From NCBI RefSeq assembly GCF_006345805.1, contig NC_043003.1:101432001-101496000 (forward strand): 64,000 nucleotides of DNA, read 5' to 3'. Below the pieces are notes generated by a model. That model did not search any database. It was not told the origin of the DNA and saw only the letters and a program-made list of their open reading frames with translations. Made by a program: the position numbers and the translations under genes. This stretch comes from Octopus sinensis. Lineage: Eukaryota. Positions 11,540-24,551 of this stretch are shown here, piece after piece. The stretch's first letter is position 1. Each line of letters starts with the position of its first letter.

Positions 11540-14500
11540 GTGAGCTTACGGGTCGGCCCACGCTGGATAGTCACGCCCTAGCTGAACGTCGTTCCCCAAG
11601 GGGCTCCAGACTGTATTGAGTGTTAGCAGTCGGCAGGTGGATGTCTCTTGCATCGTCCGTGAAGATGCCTGACTCCTCAGCCTAAGACGCCTGGAGCCCG
11701 GCGGGTGGTCTCCGCCTTCACGCCATGTTGCTTTCACGTTTCGATTAATCGCCGAAGCGCCGCCAGCGGCTGGCCTGCTCCGGTCGCCCGTTGTTCCGCC
11801 GCGCTACCGTGCCCGATATCGAAAGAATGAACCTAAGCTCGCGTAATCGCCCACATACACTTGGACGTAGCTGCGATTGATGCCGGAAGGCTGTCACGAG
11901 ATACAAACGGTCGATATAAGCGACGTGTTCCGTCGCGTAAATTCCTCAAAGAAGACAAATGTGGCTAGTATTTGTAGGAGCCTCCTGTGCCAGGCCTGCG
12001 CCAGTCGCTCGGACCTCCGCCTGCGCTACTGTGCCCGATATCAAAAGAACGAACCTAAGCTAACGGTATCGCCCGCGTACACGTGGTCGTACCCGCGACA
12101 TATGTCGGAAGGGTGTCACGAGATACACGCGGTCAATACAGCGACGTGTTCCTTCGCGTAAATTCCCGAATGATGACAACTGCGGCTAGTATAGGTAGGC
12201 GCTGCCAGCGGGAGGCATGCGCATGTAACCTGGAGCTCCTCCGCGCTACCGTGCATGTACGAATCGAAGCTAGCAGTATCGCCGACGCACACGTGGACGT
12301 AGCCACGACCGATCCCATCAGTCGCCGGGAGTCTGTGGCGATATGCACCAGGTAAATACAACGACGTGGTCCGACCTGTAACTTAACGGAAACAGACCCG
12401 TGAGCTTACAGGTCGGCCCACGCCGGATAGTCACGCTCAAGGTGGCCGTCGCACCCCAAGGGGTTCCAGACTATATTGAGGGCTAGCTGTCAGCAGGTGG
12501 ATGTCTCCGGCATCGATCGCCAAGATGCCTGACACGTCAGCCTAATACGCCGTCAGCCCGGTCACTGCGGCTAGTATAGGTAGAGGCCGGCAGCGATAGG
12601 CCTGCGCCAGTCACCCGGAGCTCCGACGCGCTACCGTGCCCGATATAGAAAGAAGGAATCGAAGCTAGCGGTATCGCTCACGTACTCGTGGACGTAGCCG
12701 CGACCGTTCCCGTCAGTCGCCGGGAGTCTGTTGCGATATGCACCTGGTAAATAAAACGACGTGGTCCGACTCGTAACTTAACGGAAACAGACCCGTGAGC
12801 TGACGGGTCAACCCATGCTGGATAGTCACGCTCTTGTTGACAGTCGCACCCCAAGGGGGTTCCGAACTATACTGAGGGTTAGCATTCCGCGGGAGGATGT
12901 CTCCGGGTTCGTTCGGCAAGATGCCTGAGTCGTCAGCCTAACACGCAGTCAGCCCGTGCTTTCACCGTTCGGGGCCCCAAGCGGCAGGCCTGCGCCGGTC
13001 GCCCCTTGCTCCGCTGCACTACCGTGCCCGATATCGAAAGATACCAGCGGTCCATACAGTAACGTATGCCGTCCCATAAATTCCGATGCCGTCAGTCACC
13101 GGGTAAATACAGCGACGTGGTCCGACCTGTAAGTTAAAAAAATCAGATCCTTAAGCTTGTGGGTTTGCCCCGGTTGGATAGTCACGCTCCAGGTAACCGT
13201 CGCACCCCCAGGGGTTCCAGCGCGGCGGAGGAACGGGCGACCGGCGCAGGCCTGCCGCTGGCGGCCCCGCGGCGCGTCGTCGGACAGGGGGAACGAGGTG
13301 GCGTTAAAGCTGCGGCCGCCCGCCGGGCTCACGGCGTCTCATACAGACGATCACGGTGACATTCGTCTGCCGAACGATCACGGTGACATTCATCTGCCGA
13401 CTGCTAGCCCTCAATATAGTCTGGAACCCCTTGGGGTGCGACGGTCACCTAGAGCGTGACTATTCAGCCTGGGCCGACCCGTCAGCTAACGTGTCTGTTT
13501 CCGTTAACTTACGTCGTTGTATTTATCAGGTGCATATCGCCAGACTCCCGGCGACTGACGAGATCGGTCATGCTAGGTCCACGTGTACGTGGACGATACC
13601 GCTAGCTTCGATTTGTTCTTTCTTTATCGGGGACGGTAGCGAGGCGGAGATCCGGGCGACTTGTGCAGGCCTGCCGCTGTCGGCTACTACCAATACTAGC
13701 CGCAGTTGTCATCTTTCGGGAATTTAGGCTAAGGAGCACGTCGCTGCATCGACCGCTTGTATCTCGTGACAGATTTCTCGCGTCAGTCGCGGCTACGTCC
13801 ACGCGCACGTGTGCGATACCGCGAGTTTCGGTTCCTGCTTTCGATAGCGCGGCGGAGCAACGGGCGTCCGGCGCAGGACTGCCTCTGACGAGCCCGCGGC
13901 TAGTAGTCGAACAGGGATAGCATGGCGCAACCCCACCTCTGGCGGCCCCTACCTATACTAGCCGGAGTTGTCATCTATCGGGAATTTATGGGACGGACCA
14001 CGTCACTGTATCGACCGCTTGTATCTTGTGACAGACTTCCGACATCGGTAGAGGGTACGTCCAAAAGTACGTGGGCCATACCGCAAGCTAAGGCCGAGTA
14101 ACGGACGAGCAGCGCCGGCCTGCCGTTTGCGGACCCGCGGCGCGTAGTCGAACGGTGAAAGCACGGCAGCGTGAAGGCCGCGACCACCCGCTGGGCTAAC
14201 GGCTTCTTAGGCTAAGCATCTTACCGAATGATCCCGGAGACATCCACCGACCGACTGCTCGCCCTCAATATAGTCTGGATCCCCTTGGGGTGCGACGGTC
14301 AACTAGAGCCTAACTATATAGCGTGGGCGATAACGCTAGCTTCGATTCGTTCTTTCTATATCGGGTACGGTAACGCGGCGGATTCCGGGTGACTGGGGAA
14401 GCGCTGCCGCTTTCGGCTCCTACCTAAATTAGCCGCAGTTGTCATCTTTCGGGAAATTACGCGAAGGAACACGTCGCTGTATCGACCGCTTGTTTCTCGT

Positions 14501-16080
14501 GACAGCCTTCCGGCATCGGTCACGCGTACGTGGATTATACCGCGAGCTTAGATTCGTTCTTTCGATATCGGGCACGGTTGCGCGGCGAAGCAACGGGCGA
14601 CCGGCGCAGACCTGCCGCTGGCAGCCCCTACCTGTTCTAGCCGCAGTTGTCATCTTTCGGGAATTTACGCGAAGGAACCCGCCGCTGCATCGACCGCGTG
14701 TATCTCTTGATAGACTTCCGGCATTGGTCACGGGTACGTCCACGTGTACGTGGGCGATACCGCTAGCTTAGGTTCGTTCCTTCGATATCAGGCAAGGTAG
14801 CACGGCGGAGCATCTGGTGACTAGCGCAGGCTGCCCCTACCTATACTAGCCACAGATTTTCATCTTTCGGGAATTTTCCCCAGGGAAGACGTCTCTGTAT
14901 CTCGTGACAGCCTTCTGGCATAGGTCCCGGGTACGTGGGCGATACCGCTAGCTTAGTTTCGTTCTTTCGATATCGGGTACGGTAGCGAGGCGGCGCTGCG
15001 GCGATTAGTCGAAACGTGAAAGCAAGATGGCTTGAAGGCGGTGGATACCCGCCAGGCTCACGGCGTCTTAGGCTGACATCTCAGCTATTTTGCTGAACGA
15101 TCCCGGAGACATCCACCCGCCGACTGCTAGGCCTCAATATAGAGCCCCTTGGTCTGCGACGGTCACCTAGAGCGTGACTATCCAGCCTGGGCCGAACCGT
15201 CAGCTAACGGGTTAACTTCCGTTAAGTTACGGGTCGGAACTTGTCGTTGTATTTACCAGGTGCATATCGCTGTATCGACGCTTGTATCTCGTGACAGAGT
15301 TCCGGCATCGGTCGCGGCTACCTCCACGCGTACGTGGGCGATACCACGAGTTTCGGTTCGTGCTTTCGATATCGGCCGCTGGCGAGCCCGCGGTGCATAG
15401 TCGAACAGGGAAAGCAATGTGCAACCCAACCTCTTGCGGCCCCTACCTGTACTGGCCGAAGTTGTCATCTTTCGGAAATTTATGGGACGAACCATGTCTC
15501 TGTAAGGACCGCTTGTCTCTCGTGACATACTTCCGGCATCGGTCGAGGGTACGTCCAGGTGTACGTGGGCGCTACCGCAAGCTAAGTTTCGTGCTTTCGA
15601 TATCGGGCACGGTAGCGCGGCCGAGGAACGGCGACCGGCGCCGGCCTGCCGCTTGCGGCCCCGCGGCGCGTCGTCGAATGGTGAAAGCACGGCGGCGTGA
15701 AGGCGGTTGCCACCCACCGGGCTGACGGCGTCTTAGGCTGACGACTCATGCATCATGCCGAACGATGCTGGAGACATCCACCTGCCGACTGCTAGACCTC
15801 AATATAGTGTGGGCCGACCCGTAAGCTCACGGGTCGTTTCCGTTAACTTACGGGTCGGACCACGTCGTTGTATTTACCAGGTGCATACCGCAACAATATC
15901 CCGGCGACTGACGGGATTAATCGCGGCTTCATCCACGTGTACGTGGGTTATACCGCTAGCTTCGATTCGTTCTTTCTATATCGAGCACAGTAGTGCGGCG
16001 GAGCTCCGGGAGACAGGGGCAGGCCTCCCGCCGGTGACCCCGCGACGCGTAGGCGAACAGGGAAAGAGAGGTGGCGTCAA
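11540..16080. repeat. GC/CpG-rich modular satellite with internal inversion
   Basis: Recurrent modules (GGAGACATCCACC..CTCAATATAG..CCCCTTGGGG; GTTGTCATCTTTCGGGAATTT; TTCGATATCGGGCACGGTAG; CACGTCGCTGTATCGACCGC). Reverse-complemented in 11540-~13220, forward in ~13225-16080. Confidence 0.85.
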
Positions 16081-16180
16081 NNNNNNNNNNNNNNNNNNNN
16101 NNNNNNNNNNNNNNNNNNNNNNNNNNNNNNNNNNNNNNNNNNNNNNNNNNNNNNNNNNNNNNNNNNNNNNNNNNNNNNNN
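16081..16180. other. Scaffold gap (100 N)
   Basis: Run of exactly 100 N, a typical placeholder for a gap of unknown size. Confidence 0.98.
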
Positions 16181-17881
16181 GATCAATGTACAACCTGACT
16201 GGGAAATGTCTGTGGTGTTGGTGAGCCTGTTAGACAATATTCAACAATCTGATCATCTACCTTTGATACATGGTCTTGTCTATTTAACTGGATGTACTGG
16301 AGCTGTCCAAACTTGACAATTTTTGAGAAATTGAGAAATATGACCCATTCTGCATAGTGGCTGTCCTATGCTGATTTGATCTCAGTACTATCTTGTAACA
16401 AAATAATCATCAATCACACATTACCATCCCATTGTATTTATTTGCAGTTTGATTTATGAGCACAATACAGTGCCAGTGATATAACTGTGAGCCTGACTTT
16501 TTTTCTGACTTACCCAGTTGTGTTCCATTGGAGCACATTATTTTTACACCACAAGTGTCTCGTCTCTTTTATTTGACTATCAGTTTGGAATGATGTGAAT
16601 TCCGTAATCCTCTCAATTGTAGGAACACTGTTAAAGCTTTTGCTTTGTGCCATTTATCTCCAGAATGTCTTAATACTTTGAAGGGCTTTGAATTCAAATG
16701 CTATATTCTAACAAATCAGAGCTACCATTACTTAGAACAGGCACTTATTTCTGCTCTACAGTATGGTATTTACAACTAAATGTATTAAGCCATTTGGAAG
16801 TTAAGTTTTCTTAGTTCCAGGCACTACGTGATACTCACAACATAACACAACACACAAACTGCTCTTTTTGGCTTGTCTGTTTTCTAATCAACCAACCTAT
16901 TGATGTTTAAAATATAAAAACTTTCTGTAACACTTTATGGATCATTGTCAAAACTCTTTATATAACTGTGGAGTGAAACGAAATTAAGTCAACCAGGAAT
17001 TGAACATACACACCAGACTCAGCTTGTGATGAAAGCTTACCAACACTTGAGGAACTTGCACAGATGAAATAAGCTAAGTAGTATAAATATGTTGTCTTGG
17101 AGTTCACAACATATCCAGGAATTGAGAAAGACACTATTTTTCATGTTTATGTTTTATGATTTTTAATATTTGTGTTTTACTCTGATACATAAAAAATATT
17201 CTATCTGTTTTCAAACATAGTATAATACATTATCTTGTGTCCTTCCTTTTTTAAGATGTTACAGTGTGATTTAATTGAAATTTAGCTGCTCTTTTTTTTA
17301 CCTGGTCAGGCTACTGTGTAATGGTTACTTTTATGATGTGAGAGAACACAGGAATCTATAGTGCTAGACTAGATATTTAACCACAACTAATCCTCTATTT
17401 TATGTTCAAATTCTATTGGATTTGTCTTTTTGTATCATCAGGGGCTAATAAAATATATACAAATAAAACATTGGGTTTGATCCATCATCGTCATTTTGTG
17501 TCCACTTTCCATGCTACAAAAGGAAGATTCTGATAAGATTTTTTTCTTTTTTTAGTATGGAAAAAATGTAAAGTAATGATGGTGTTAATGTGTTCAATCA
17601 AGGTTGTTTGATGTTATGTTAAACTGGTTGAATTACTACAGCAAATTTTGAACCTCACTGTTCTGAGTTGAAATCCTGATAAGTTTCATTTTGCCCTTGA
17701 AGTTTTTTTTTGGTTGGGAGGTGGGGAGGTTCATATAAAATAAACAATGATGTTGATGACTGTGAATGTTCTGCAATTACCTTAATTACACCCCTCCTCA
17801 TTTTTCTAAAAGGTTTGCTCTTAATGTCTACTTAAAAAGAGATTTAATTTACTATTTTCTTTTTGTTTTCAAATTTAACAG

Positions 17882-18079
17882 ATGAACCAGTCTATATACC
17901 AGATATTCTCATTAAACTCGGGTCACATAATTCTTGTGTATGAGAATGGTTCTATTGAACTTCTTACCAGTTCAGAATCTTTTAAAGGACAGCTTTCTGC
18001 CAATGATAAGTTGAAATGGTGCTGGGCTGGTTCAAATGACCAGGAACTATTTCTTTTTCTTGTAACAGAAAACCAATCA
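17882..18079 (+). CDS. NOL11: NOL11 homologue, internal exon A (198 nt, phase 0/0)
   Basis: Polypyrimidine tract and AG at 17880-81, donor GTAAGT at 18080. Encodes MNQSIYQIFSLNSGHIILVYENGSIELL...KLKWCWAGSNDQELFLFLVTENQS, resembling the vertebrate NOL11 segments VYRILS..LVLFKEG and IKW..LIFITEK (from memory). Confidence 0.8.
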
Positions 18080-19469
18080 GTAAGTATATGTACTTTGTGC
18101 TTGATATGCACTGTCATTCTATAGATCAAATGAATGGGAAGGGGATTTGGTTTGAAGAGATACAGTTCTTTGTGCCAAGAAAACCATTACTAATGCCATC
18201 GTCTTCATGTGTTTTGAGTTTGGTCCCACTGCATGTCATCTTGGGCAAGTGCTTTCTACTCTAGCTTCAAGCTGACCAATGCTTGCATGTATTGCATAGT
18301 GTTTATTGAGGCAAATTTTCTGTGGCCAGATGCCCTTCCTGTCACAAGCCCTCACTTGTTTTCAAGCAAGGTAATATTTCTCCACTTCCCCAGCCAGACA
18401 TGTTCCTATACAATATTGGAAATGAATGATTCTGATTGTGTGTCAGTGATACTCATGTACTGCCATCATGCAAAGTCAAGACAAAGACACGCACACACGC
18501 GCATGCACACACACACACACACAGACTGGAAGAACTCAGCCCAAAACCATGTGGGGAAACAGAATTGCTAAACACACAGCCAAACCTGCATGTGTGCATG
18601 CACACGCACACACATAGATTGATGGACAAGCTGTCAGACACATTGATTGAATGATTGCTATGGCTATATGTTTAAGAAGTTTGCTTCTCAATCACAAGGT
18701 TCAAGATTCAGTTGCTGCATAGTATCTTGAGCAAGTGTCTATACCTTGGGTGGGCACACTTATGCCTTGTGAGTGAATCTGGATAAATGGAAACTGTGTG
18801 GAACCCAGATGGATGGATTGTTTCTGTGATTCAAAGGTCTAAGCTCATCATATTTGTGTGCCACTGACTCAGTCTGTGAATTGCTTTAAAGGTACATGTG
18901 TCTGTGGAAGACTCAGACATTTAGATGCTAATTCAGTAAGTTTGGTATTTCAGTTAATGAAACAACTAAAAACTCATGATCAGGAATTCTGACCAAGATC
19001 ATTTTATCATGTGTTATATTTGTGTTAGTATTTTGTGTGTATGAATGTCTGTTCATCATGTCTTCATTAATATTGTTTGAGAAAAGTCAATGACATTTAC
19101 ATTCTTCAATGAACAAAATCCCAGTATTTCAGCTACTTCAAATGCTTCAGTGTAAAAGGGCTTGTGGAATAAAAATACCATACTTGAAAAACAAGTGAGG
19201 ATTGGCAATAGAAAAAGCATCCAACCTTTAGAAAAAATTGTCTTTAATAAGTCTTGTCTAACCCATGCCAGCATGGAAAAATAGATGTAAAAGTAATGAT
19301 TGTATGTGTGTGAATTCAATTTTGGTATAAACCTTATGGTTTGCTTTACAAAGCTCATCTGTAGGCATTGGCTAACAAATGCTATCATACAATAAGATCA
19401 ATCACATCACTGGATATCTAGAATTCCATAATATTCATAGTTTATACAAAAACATGAATAATAGATGCA

Positions 19470-19620
19470 GGCATGGCTGTGTGCTAAGAAGCTTGCTTCC
19501 CAACTACATGGTTCAATCCCACTGCATGGTACCTTAGACAAGTCTCTTCTACTATAGCCTCAGGCCAACCGAAGCCTTGTGAGTGAGTTTGGTAGAGGGA
19601 AACTGAGAGAAACCTGTCAT
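19470..19620 (+). mobile_element. SINE 5' half (same family as 10365-10770)
   Basis: ATGGCTGTGTGCTAAGAAGCTTGC...GCCTTGTGAGTGAGTTTGGTAGAGGGAAACTGA. Confidence 0.7.
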
Positions 19621-20139
19621 ATATCTATATATATAATGTGTATATTTATGTATAATTATAATAAAGGGTGCTGAATTGACAATGCCTGTATGCTAGAAAT
19701 AGATGCCAAGTGGACTACAAACGACTTACATTATTACTCTGTTACCACAAGGCTGTATGTGAGGAAAATGGACAGAAAGGATTTATAAAATATTGACAAC
19801 TCTATATCTTAAGATTTCATTGTTTGCAATATTAAAAATGCTTTCCAATCTTCAGCTGGGTAAACCTCTTGTAAATAAACGAGAAATACATATACATACC
19901 ATAGCTATACAGTCAAACAAATACAAGTATATACATGCATTTCACACATGTATACAAAGTAAAAGTCCAAACATCCATTTCAGCCAGAATAATTCTGCAG
20001 CAAATATGTTTGTGGAGTGAATGACGCCCTTTATTATGATTATACTTAAATATAAATTAACCAATATGGTGTTGTTAGTATGCTGGCCACTGATAAATCA
20101 TTAAATAATGACTTTATCTTAATTATATATATATATATA

Positions 20140-20340
20140 TCTGTCTGTATTTGTCCCGCACCACTGCTTGACAACCAGTGCTGGTGTGTTTACATCCCCA
20201 TAACTTAGCGGTTTGGCAAAAGTGACCGCTTAAAAAAAGTAGTAAGTCTTGGATCAATTTGTTCAACTAAAAACCTTTCAAGGCAGTGCCCCAGCATGGC
20301 CACAATCACATGACTGAAACAAGTAAAAGATAAAAGAATA
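20140..20340 (+). mobile_element. SINE 3' half
   Basis: GCTTGACAACC..GGTGTGTTTACATCCCC...CCAGCATGGCCACAATCACATGACTGAAACAAGTAAAAGATAAAAG. Confidence 0.7.
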
Positions 20341-20893
20341 GAAAATGTATTGAGCAACACAACTTTAATGCATAACACTATAATTGTTTCAATGTCAATT
20401 CACTGAAGTATTATATAAAATATAAATTGGCACATTATTTTGTTGTTCCAGCAGCACTGGTGAATGTCATCTCTTCAGGGGAAACCACAAAAATCATGCA
20501 TCTCACTAAATATATACACCTTCCAATAATACAGTTCTTAGTAATTTACTGTCATACAAACAATAAAAACACCAGAACCATTACAACATAAATCACAAAT
20601 TTAGCATTGCCCACTAGGAATTTTAGGAAAAAGAATAAAGATATAACATGTATGCAATATGTATGTGTGTGTGTATAAGATATATTTATATATATTGTCA
20701 GTGTTTTTTTTTTTTTAGATGAAATCAAATTGGTAGCAAGCTAAGTGTAATTATATTTATGTATTATACAGTGTATATATCAAGTTGACTTGTCTATTTG
20801 TTATCCTATCAGTTTGCCTCTCCCCTTCTCTCTCCTTCCTAATGTATGGATACTTCTATAAAAATATCATCACCCATTCTTTTCACTCTACAG

Positions 20894-21038
20894 CAGTGGA
20901 CCATATGGACTTACCAATATTCTTTGGAAAATAGCACGTGGCATTCCAACTCAGTAATGCTTCCAGACACAGAGGGCAGTTTACTCACCTGTTGCTGTAG
21001 TGTTAACACACAAAATAGAGTGACTTTTTACACTTTCT
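20894..21038 (+). CDS. NOL11: NOL11 homologue, exon B (145 nt, phase 0/1)
   Basis: Acceptor CTACAG|CAG, donor GTAAGT. Encodes QWTIWTYQYSLENSTWHSNSVMLPDTEGSLLTCCCSVNTQNRVTFYTF. Phase matches both neighbours. Confidence 0.8.
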
Positions 21039-21049
21039 GTAAGTAAACA

Positions 21050-21330
21050 CCTCATGTCAACCAAAATCTTGTGAGTGGTTTTGATAGGCGGAAACTGAAA
21101 GAAGCCTGTTGTGTGTGTATGTCTGTGTGTGTGTCTGTATTTGTCCTCCCACCATCACTTGACAACTGATGTTGGTGTATTTACATCCCTGTAACTTAGT
21201 AGTTCGACAAAATAGACTGACAGAATAAGTACTAGGCTTACAAAGAGTAAGTCCTGGGGTCAATTTCATTGACTAAAAACTCTTTAAGGTGGTGCTACAG
21301 CATGGCCGTAGTCAAATAACTAAAACAAAT
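21050..21330 (+). mobile_element. SINE body and 3' half
   Basis: CTTGTGAGTGG..GGAAACTGAAAGAAGCC..(TG)n..CAGCATGGCCGTAGTCAAAT. Confidence 0.7.
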
Positions 21331-21338
21331 AGAATATA

Positions 21339-23724
21339 CAGTAGTGCCCTGGTGTTTGTTGGGGTTACATTCTTATAGCACCCACAAATAGTGAAAAACA
21401 GCGAATATTGGACATGGTCCATAAAAATGCCCATAAATGTCAAAATATGTTTTACATATCCTTAGGGGTTAGCCATATTTAAATGGCAAATATACTTCAT
21501 GATGTGTTGCAGCTACTGTTTATACCTCGCTCAGAGATTTATTATATATATATTTAATAATAATTTAATAAAAAATAAAATAAAATATATGGTTACTCAT
21601 GAATAATGAATGATATTAATTTAAGACGATGATAATGAAAGTAATGACTGCAAGGCAAAGATTATTCACAGCTCTTCAGCTGTTTCAGGGGATGTCGTAT
21701 CTTCGTGCAAGGCTTTCTTGGTGGGCTTGAGGAGCATCGTGATGGGAAGTTGCTGTTGTTGTTTCTTCATGGTCTGAGGAGAGTTTTATATGTCTGCATG
21801 GTGGCATTGATGCCATTTTTTAATTGGAGAGACTGAACCATATAGGGATACCATGCTTCTGCCTACCCTTGCAATTCCTTTGCTGTCCTTAAAAGGTCAG
21901 ACAGACATTCAACTGCCTGGCCCACCTCATCCTCCTCTGGATCTGGCACTTCCTCCTCTTCTTTTTCAGCAGACTTTGTTAACCCCAACAAATCTTCATC
22001 TGTCAGGGTTTCAGAGTGGGCATCGATGAGGTCGTCAAAACCTTCGCTACCAAATACCTTTGCCAGTTTCACTGCATTGTTGACAGCCACATCAACCTGA
22101 ATATTTTCAGGTGAGAAACCCTCGTAGTCCTGGACACACTCTAGCCACACTTTCTTCCAGCATGTGATGAGGGTTTCTTTTTCATGTCTTTAAAAGCAGC
22201 TTGGATAACTGACAGGCTCATTGCGATTGTGAGGTTATGCCAGTACTTCTTTAACTGAAAATTCTTGTCTTAATCCATTGCATCCACAAAGTGTTGGAGA
22301 GATCCAGGTGTAAAGTGCCTTGAAGGCATGGATCACGCCTTGATCTATAGACTGGATGCGGAATGTGGTCTTGGCAGGAAGGAACTTGACTTGGGCTCCC
22401 TCATGACTCAAATCCAAACAATGACCACCAGCATTATCCATCACAAGCAACAGCTTGAATTCCATGCATACGTTTTGGAGGTATTCTTTGGCTTGAGGGA
22501 TGAAGCATTGGTGAAACCAATTCAAAGTTAAACTTTTGGTAATCCAGACCTTGGGGTTATGCATCCAGTAGACAGGCAGTAGGATTTTATTATTTGTGAA
22601 AGCCACACATAATTAGCATCACTCTGTCCTTCTGTGCCTTAAATCCTGGGGCTCTGGCTTCGTCTTTCATGATGTGCATTCTGGAAGGCATCTTCTTCCA
22701 GAACAAGCCAGCCTCGTCCATATTGAAAACCTGTTCCAGCTTCTATCCCTTGTCCTTGATGATCTCCCTGAAGGTCACGAGGTACTTCTCATTGGCTTCT
22801 TTGTTGGCTGATGGTGTCTCTCCATGCAGGAAACACTTTATTTTAAACTGTTTCTGGAAACACTCAAACCATCCCTTGCTGGCTTGAAAATCTTCGGGCT
22901 CCATTTCCTCTGTCGAACTGCTTGTATAATTTCAGCACTTTCTCACAAATCGTGTTACTGCTCAAGGGGATGTTTTTCTTCTTTCAGTCACTATTCCACA
23001 ATGCCAAGGCAGATTCCATTCTGATGAAGTATTTATTCCTCACTATCGTTATCTTTTTGGCACTTTCACTGAGTTACTGCTGTGGTGATCCTGATCGCCA
23101 TCTCATTCTTCTTTATGTAGTATATGGTGCTTTTGTTGACAACATAATAGCGACCTACTGCAGCATACTTTACCTTCCCGGAACATATCCAGCAATTTAC
23201 CTTCTCATGGAGCATCATATTCTTTTTCTGGCACTTAGGTTCACTGCCAGAAGCCTTAGAAGGTGTAGGGTGTTTGGGCGGCATTTTAGGGCTTTAATAA
23301 CATGCTACAAAAAACACAGCACTCAACAAAATACTTGAGGTAGCTACTGGACACAGTTTTTCCCCAAAAAAGCCTACAAAATCTTCCTTTTGTCTAATAT
23401 GCACATACCACCAATAGCAGACTGAGCAGAGATTAAAAATGATCATGATTTTGAAATATTTAGTTTGTATTACCGCTAGATACTATAATCTATACTTCAA
23501 TAATAAAAGAGAGAGGGACCAGCAAGTGACCTAATTTCAATGAGGCTATATTGGCTAACGACCTTAAAAATTATGCTGTTGAAATAAACTATGTGTATGA
23601 TCAAATGTAGTGATGATTTTAAAAAGGCACTGGTATAAAATTAATGTTCAGTCTTGTGTTGTATATATCTTTCATCTGTCATTGCTAGCCCAAGCAATAC
23701 TGGTACGATACACTGTGTATGTAT

Positions 23725-23784
<60 letters not shown>

Positions 23785-24239
23785 TGTATGTATGTATGTA
23801 TGTATGTATGTATGTGTGTGTGTGTGTGTGTGGTGTGTGTGTGGTGTGTGTGTGGTGTGTGTGTGTTGTGTGTGTGTGGTGTGTGTGTGTGTGTGTGTGA
23901 AATATTGATAGATGTTGCTATACTAATTAGCAACCTTTGATTGAAAGCAGGAACAAGAGATAGAAGATACAGTGTACTTGTATCTAAAACAATCAAATGA
24001 TGTGATGCACAGCTATTCTAATCAGAGGAAGCTTCAACTGTGAAGAAGTGTCTCCAGTAAGCCGGCAAATACAGCATATTGTTATTAATAATTTAACCAT
24101 AAAAAGTGTAAAAAAATATATATATATATATATATATTGCCACGAAAAAGCCATAAAAAATTGCAGACGATATTAGCGATTCCATGAACAATTATCAGTT
24201 CTGTACATGCTGAACCATGAATAAGCAGGGATACACTGT
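21339..24239 (-). mobile_element. pogo/Tigger-like DNA transposon, degraded transposase (21863-23284)
   Basis: ORF pieces: CENP-B-type HTH MPPKHPTPSKASGSEPK..YAAVGRYYVVNKSTIYYIKKNE, DDE region VYWMHNPKVWIT..LLVMDNAGGH..FLPAKTTFRIQSIDQGVIHAFKALY, and an acidic tail. TA|CAGTAG left end. The right end at ~24239 (GCAGGGATACACTG) is tentative. Confidence 0.8.
23715..23900. repeat. Compound microsatellite (TA)n(TATG)n(TG)n
   Basis: Directly visible. Confidence 0.9.
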
Positions 24240-24248
24240 GTGTGTATG

Positions 24249-24281
<33 letters not shown>

Positions 24282-24392
24282 ATAATACTAACATGATAAA
24301 AAGAAACATAAAAGCAAATGAGCACATATGTCTCACCAATCCAATATAAAACTGACGTATTACTATCAACTGATATATTTTCCTTTTGCCAG

Positions 24393-24551
24393 GGTCAACA
24401 AAATATGTATTTAGAACTGACTTGACACTTCAGTCTCTGCTATACACCAAGAAACTTTATTTCCTTAGTTCTGTGTCTGATAAGTCCACATCCATGTTAA
24501 CATTGGATGCAAACCATTTTGCAATTGTTCCTGTGAAAACAGACAATCAAG
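24393..24551 (+). CDS. NOL11: NOL11 homologue, exon C (159 nt, phase 1/1)
   Basis: TTTTGCCAG acceptor, GTAAAT donor. Encodes (W)STKYVFRTDLTLQSLLYTKKLYFLSSVSDKSTSMLTLDANHFAIVPVKTDNQ. Confidence 0.8.

Noticed and set aside
11540-16080. Repeated conserved modules as CRISPR-like, attC-like or ribozyme arrays (e.g. CTGACGAG at ~13885)
   Set aside because: Inter-module sequences are themselves repeated. The CTGACGA instances lack a stem II followed by GAAA and are not conserved among copies.
11546-16316. Many 60-154 aa ORFs on both strands in the GC-rich region, suggesting bacterial contamination or a gene cluster
   Set aside because: The ORFs are short, overlapping, inconsistent in frame between repeat copies and lack recognisable domains. 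High GC explains the scarcity of stops, and the DNA is a tandem repeat.
16181-16316. Open frame right after the gap (INVQPDWEMSVVLV...) as a missing NOL11 exon
   Set aside because: No resemblance to the NOL11 N-terminus that I can see, no convincing donor before the stop, and the start is hidden in the gap.
17882-17884. ATG as the gene start codon
   Set aside because: It sits directly after a strong 3' splice site, and the peptide aligns to an internal part of NOL11.
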